20,431 nt of DNA from Octopus sinensis (lineage: Eukaryota). Positions 20,161 through 20,431 of the stretch are shown in pieces. Position numbers and translations under genes: made by a program. Where the stretch lies: positions 1 to 20,431 of the forward strand of contig NW_021823951.1 in NCBI RefSeq assembly GCF_006345805.1, given 5' to 3'. The notes beneath the pieces are model-generated. The model made no database searches. It saw nothing but the letters and a program-made list of their open reading frames with translations, and was not told the origin of the DNA. The first letter of the stretch is position 1. The number at the start of each line of letters is the position of its first letter.

Positions 20161-20431
20161 TATAAGAATGGAATGCTCGTCATGCTTCAAGGTCAACAAA
20201 TCAAACAAAACCGCATTGGTCATTGCGCAGATTACAAAAGACCACGTACCCGAAAATTGAACCAAATCCTAATTGAAAAATCAGTTACTGGATCAAATCT
20301 TCCCAACACACAGGAGCTGGATGAACCCCACAACCGGAATATTCCAACAGATGGCCATCCATGCTCATCACCAAATAATCAAAAGAAAAAGAAGGAAAAA
20401 TGGTCTAGGGAAGATAATAAAGAAGTTCTCG
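20161..20431 (+). mobile_element. Open frame running off the window; probable N-terminus of an R4/Dong-like ORF
   Basis: No stop from 20161 to the end (ATG at 20173). Ends ...NNQKKKKEKWSREDNKEVL, resembling the basic-KW(T/S)xE(E/D)N..V(M/L) N-terminal motif I recall from R4/Dong-type ORFs. Confidence 0.55.

Overview
Eukaryotic, AT-rich, microsatellite-saturated non-coding DNA. The SINE types and repeat style suggest an octopus or other coleoid cephalopod; this is my inference, not a database result. No host gene can be supported. Contents: (1) a Helitron with intact termini (3819-6607) whose Rep/HUH region appears deleted, leaving the RepHel N-terminal stub fused out of frame to a nearly intact PIF1-type helicase; (2) many tRNA-derived SINEs of three families, several multimeric or inverted; (3) an RTE-like LINE 3' fragment; (4) a cluster of R4/Dong-like restriction-like-endonuclease (RLE) retrotransposon pieces in (TAA)n tracts at 17.6-20.4 kb, two of which are missing from the ORF track; (5) probable Penelope-like terminal fragments inside (TA)n tracts, one carrying a minimal hammerhead-like motif; (6) Tc1/mariner-type relics. 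Most ORFs in the track are microsatellite artefacts. Family names come from recalled motif consensus and need Dfam/Repbase confirmation.
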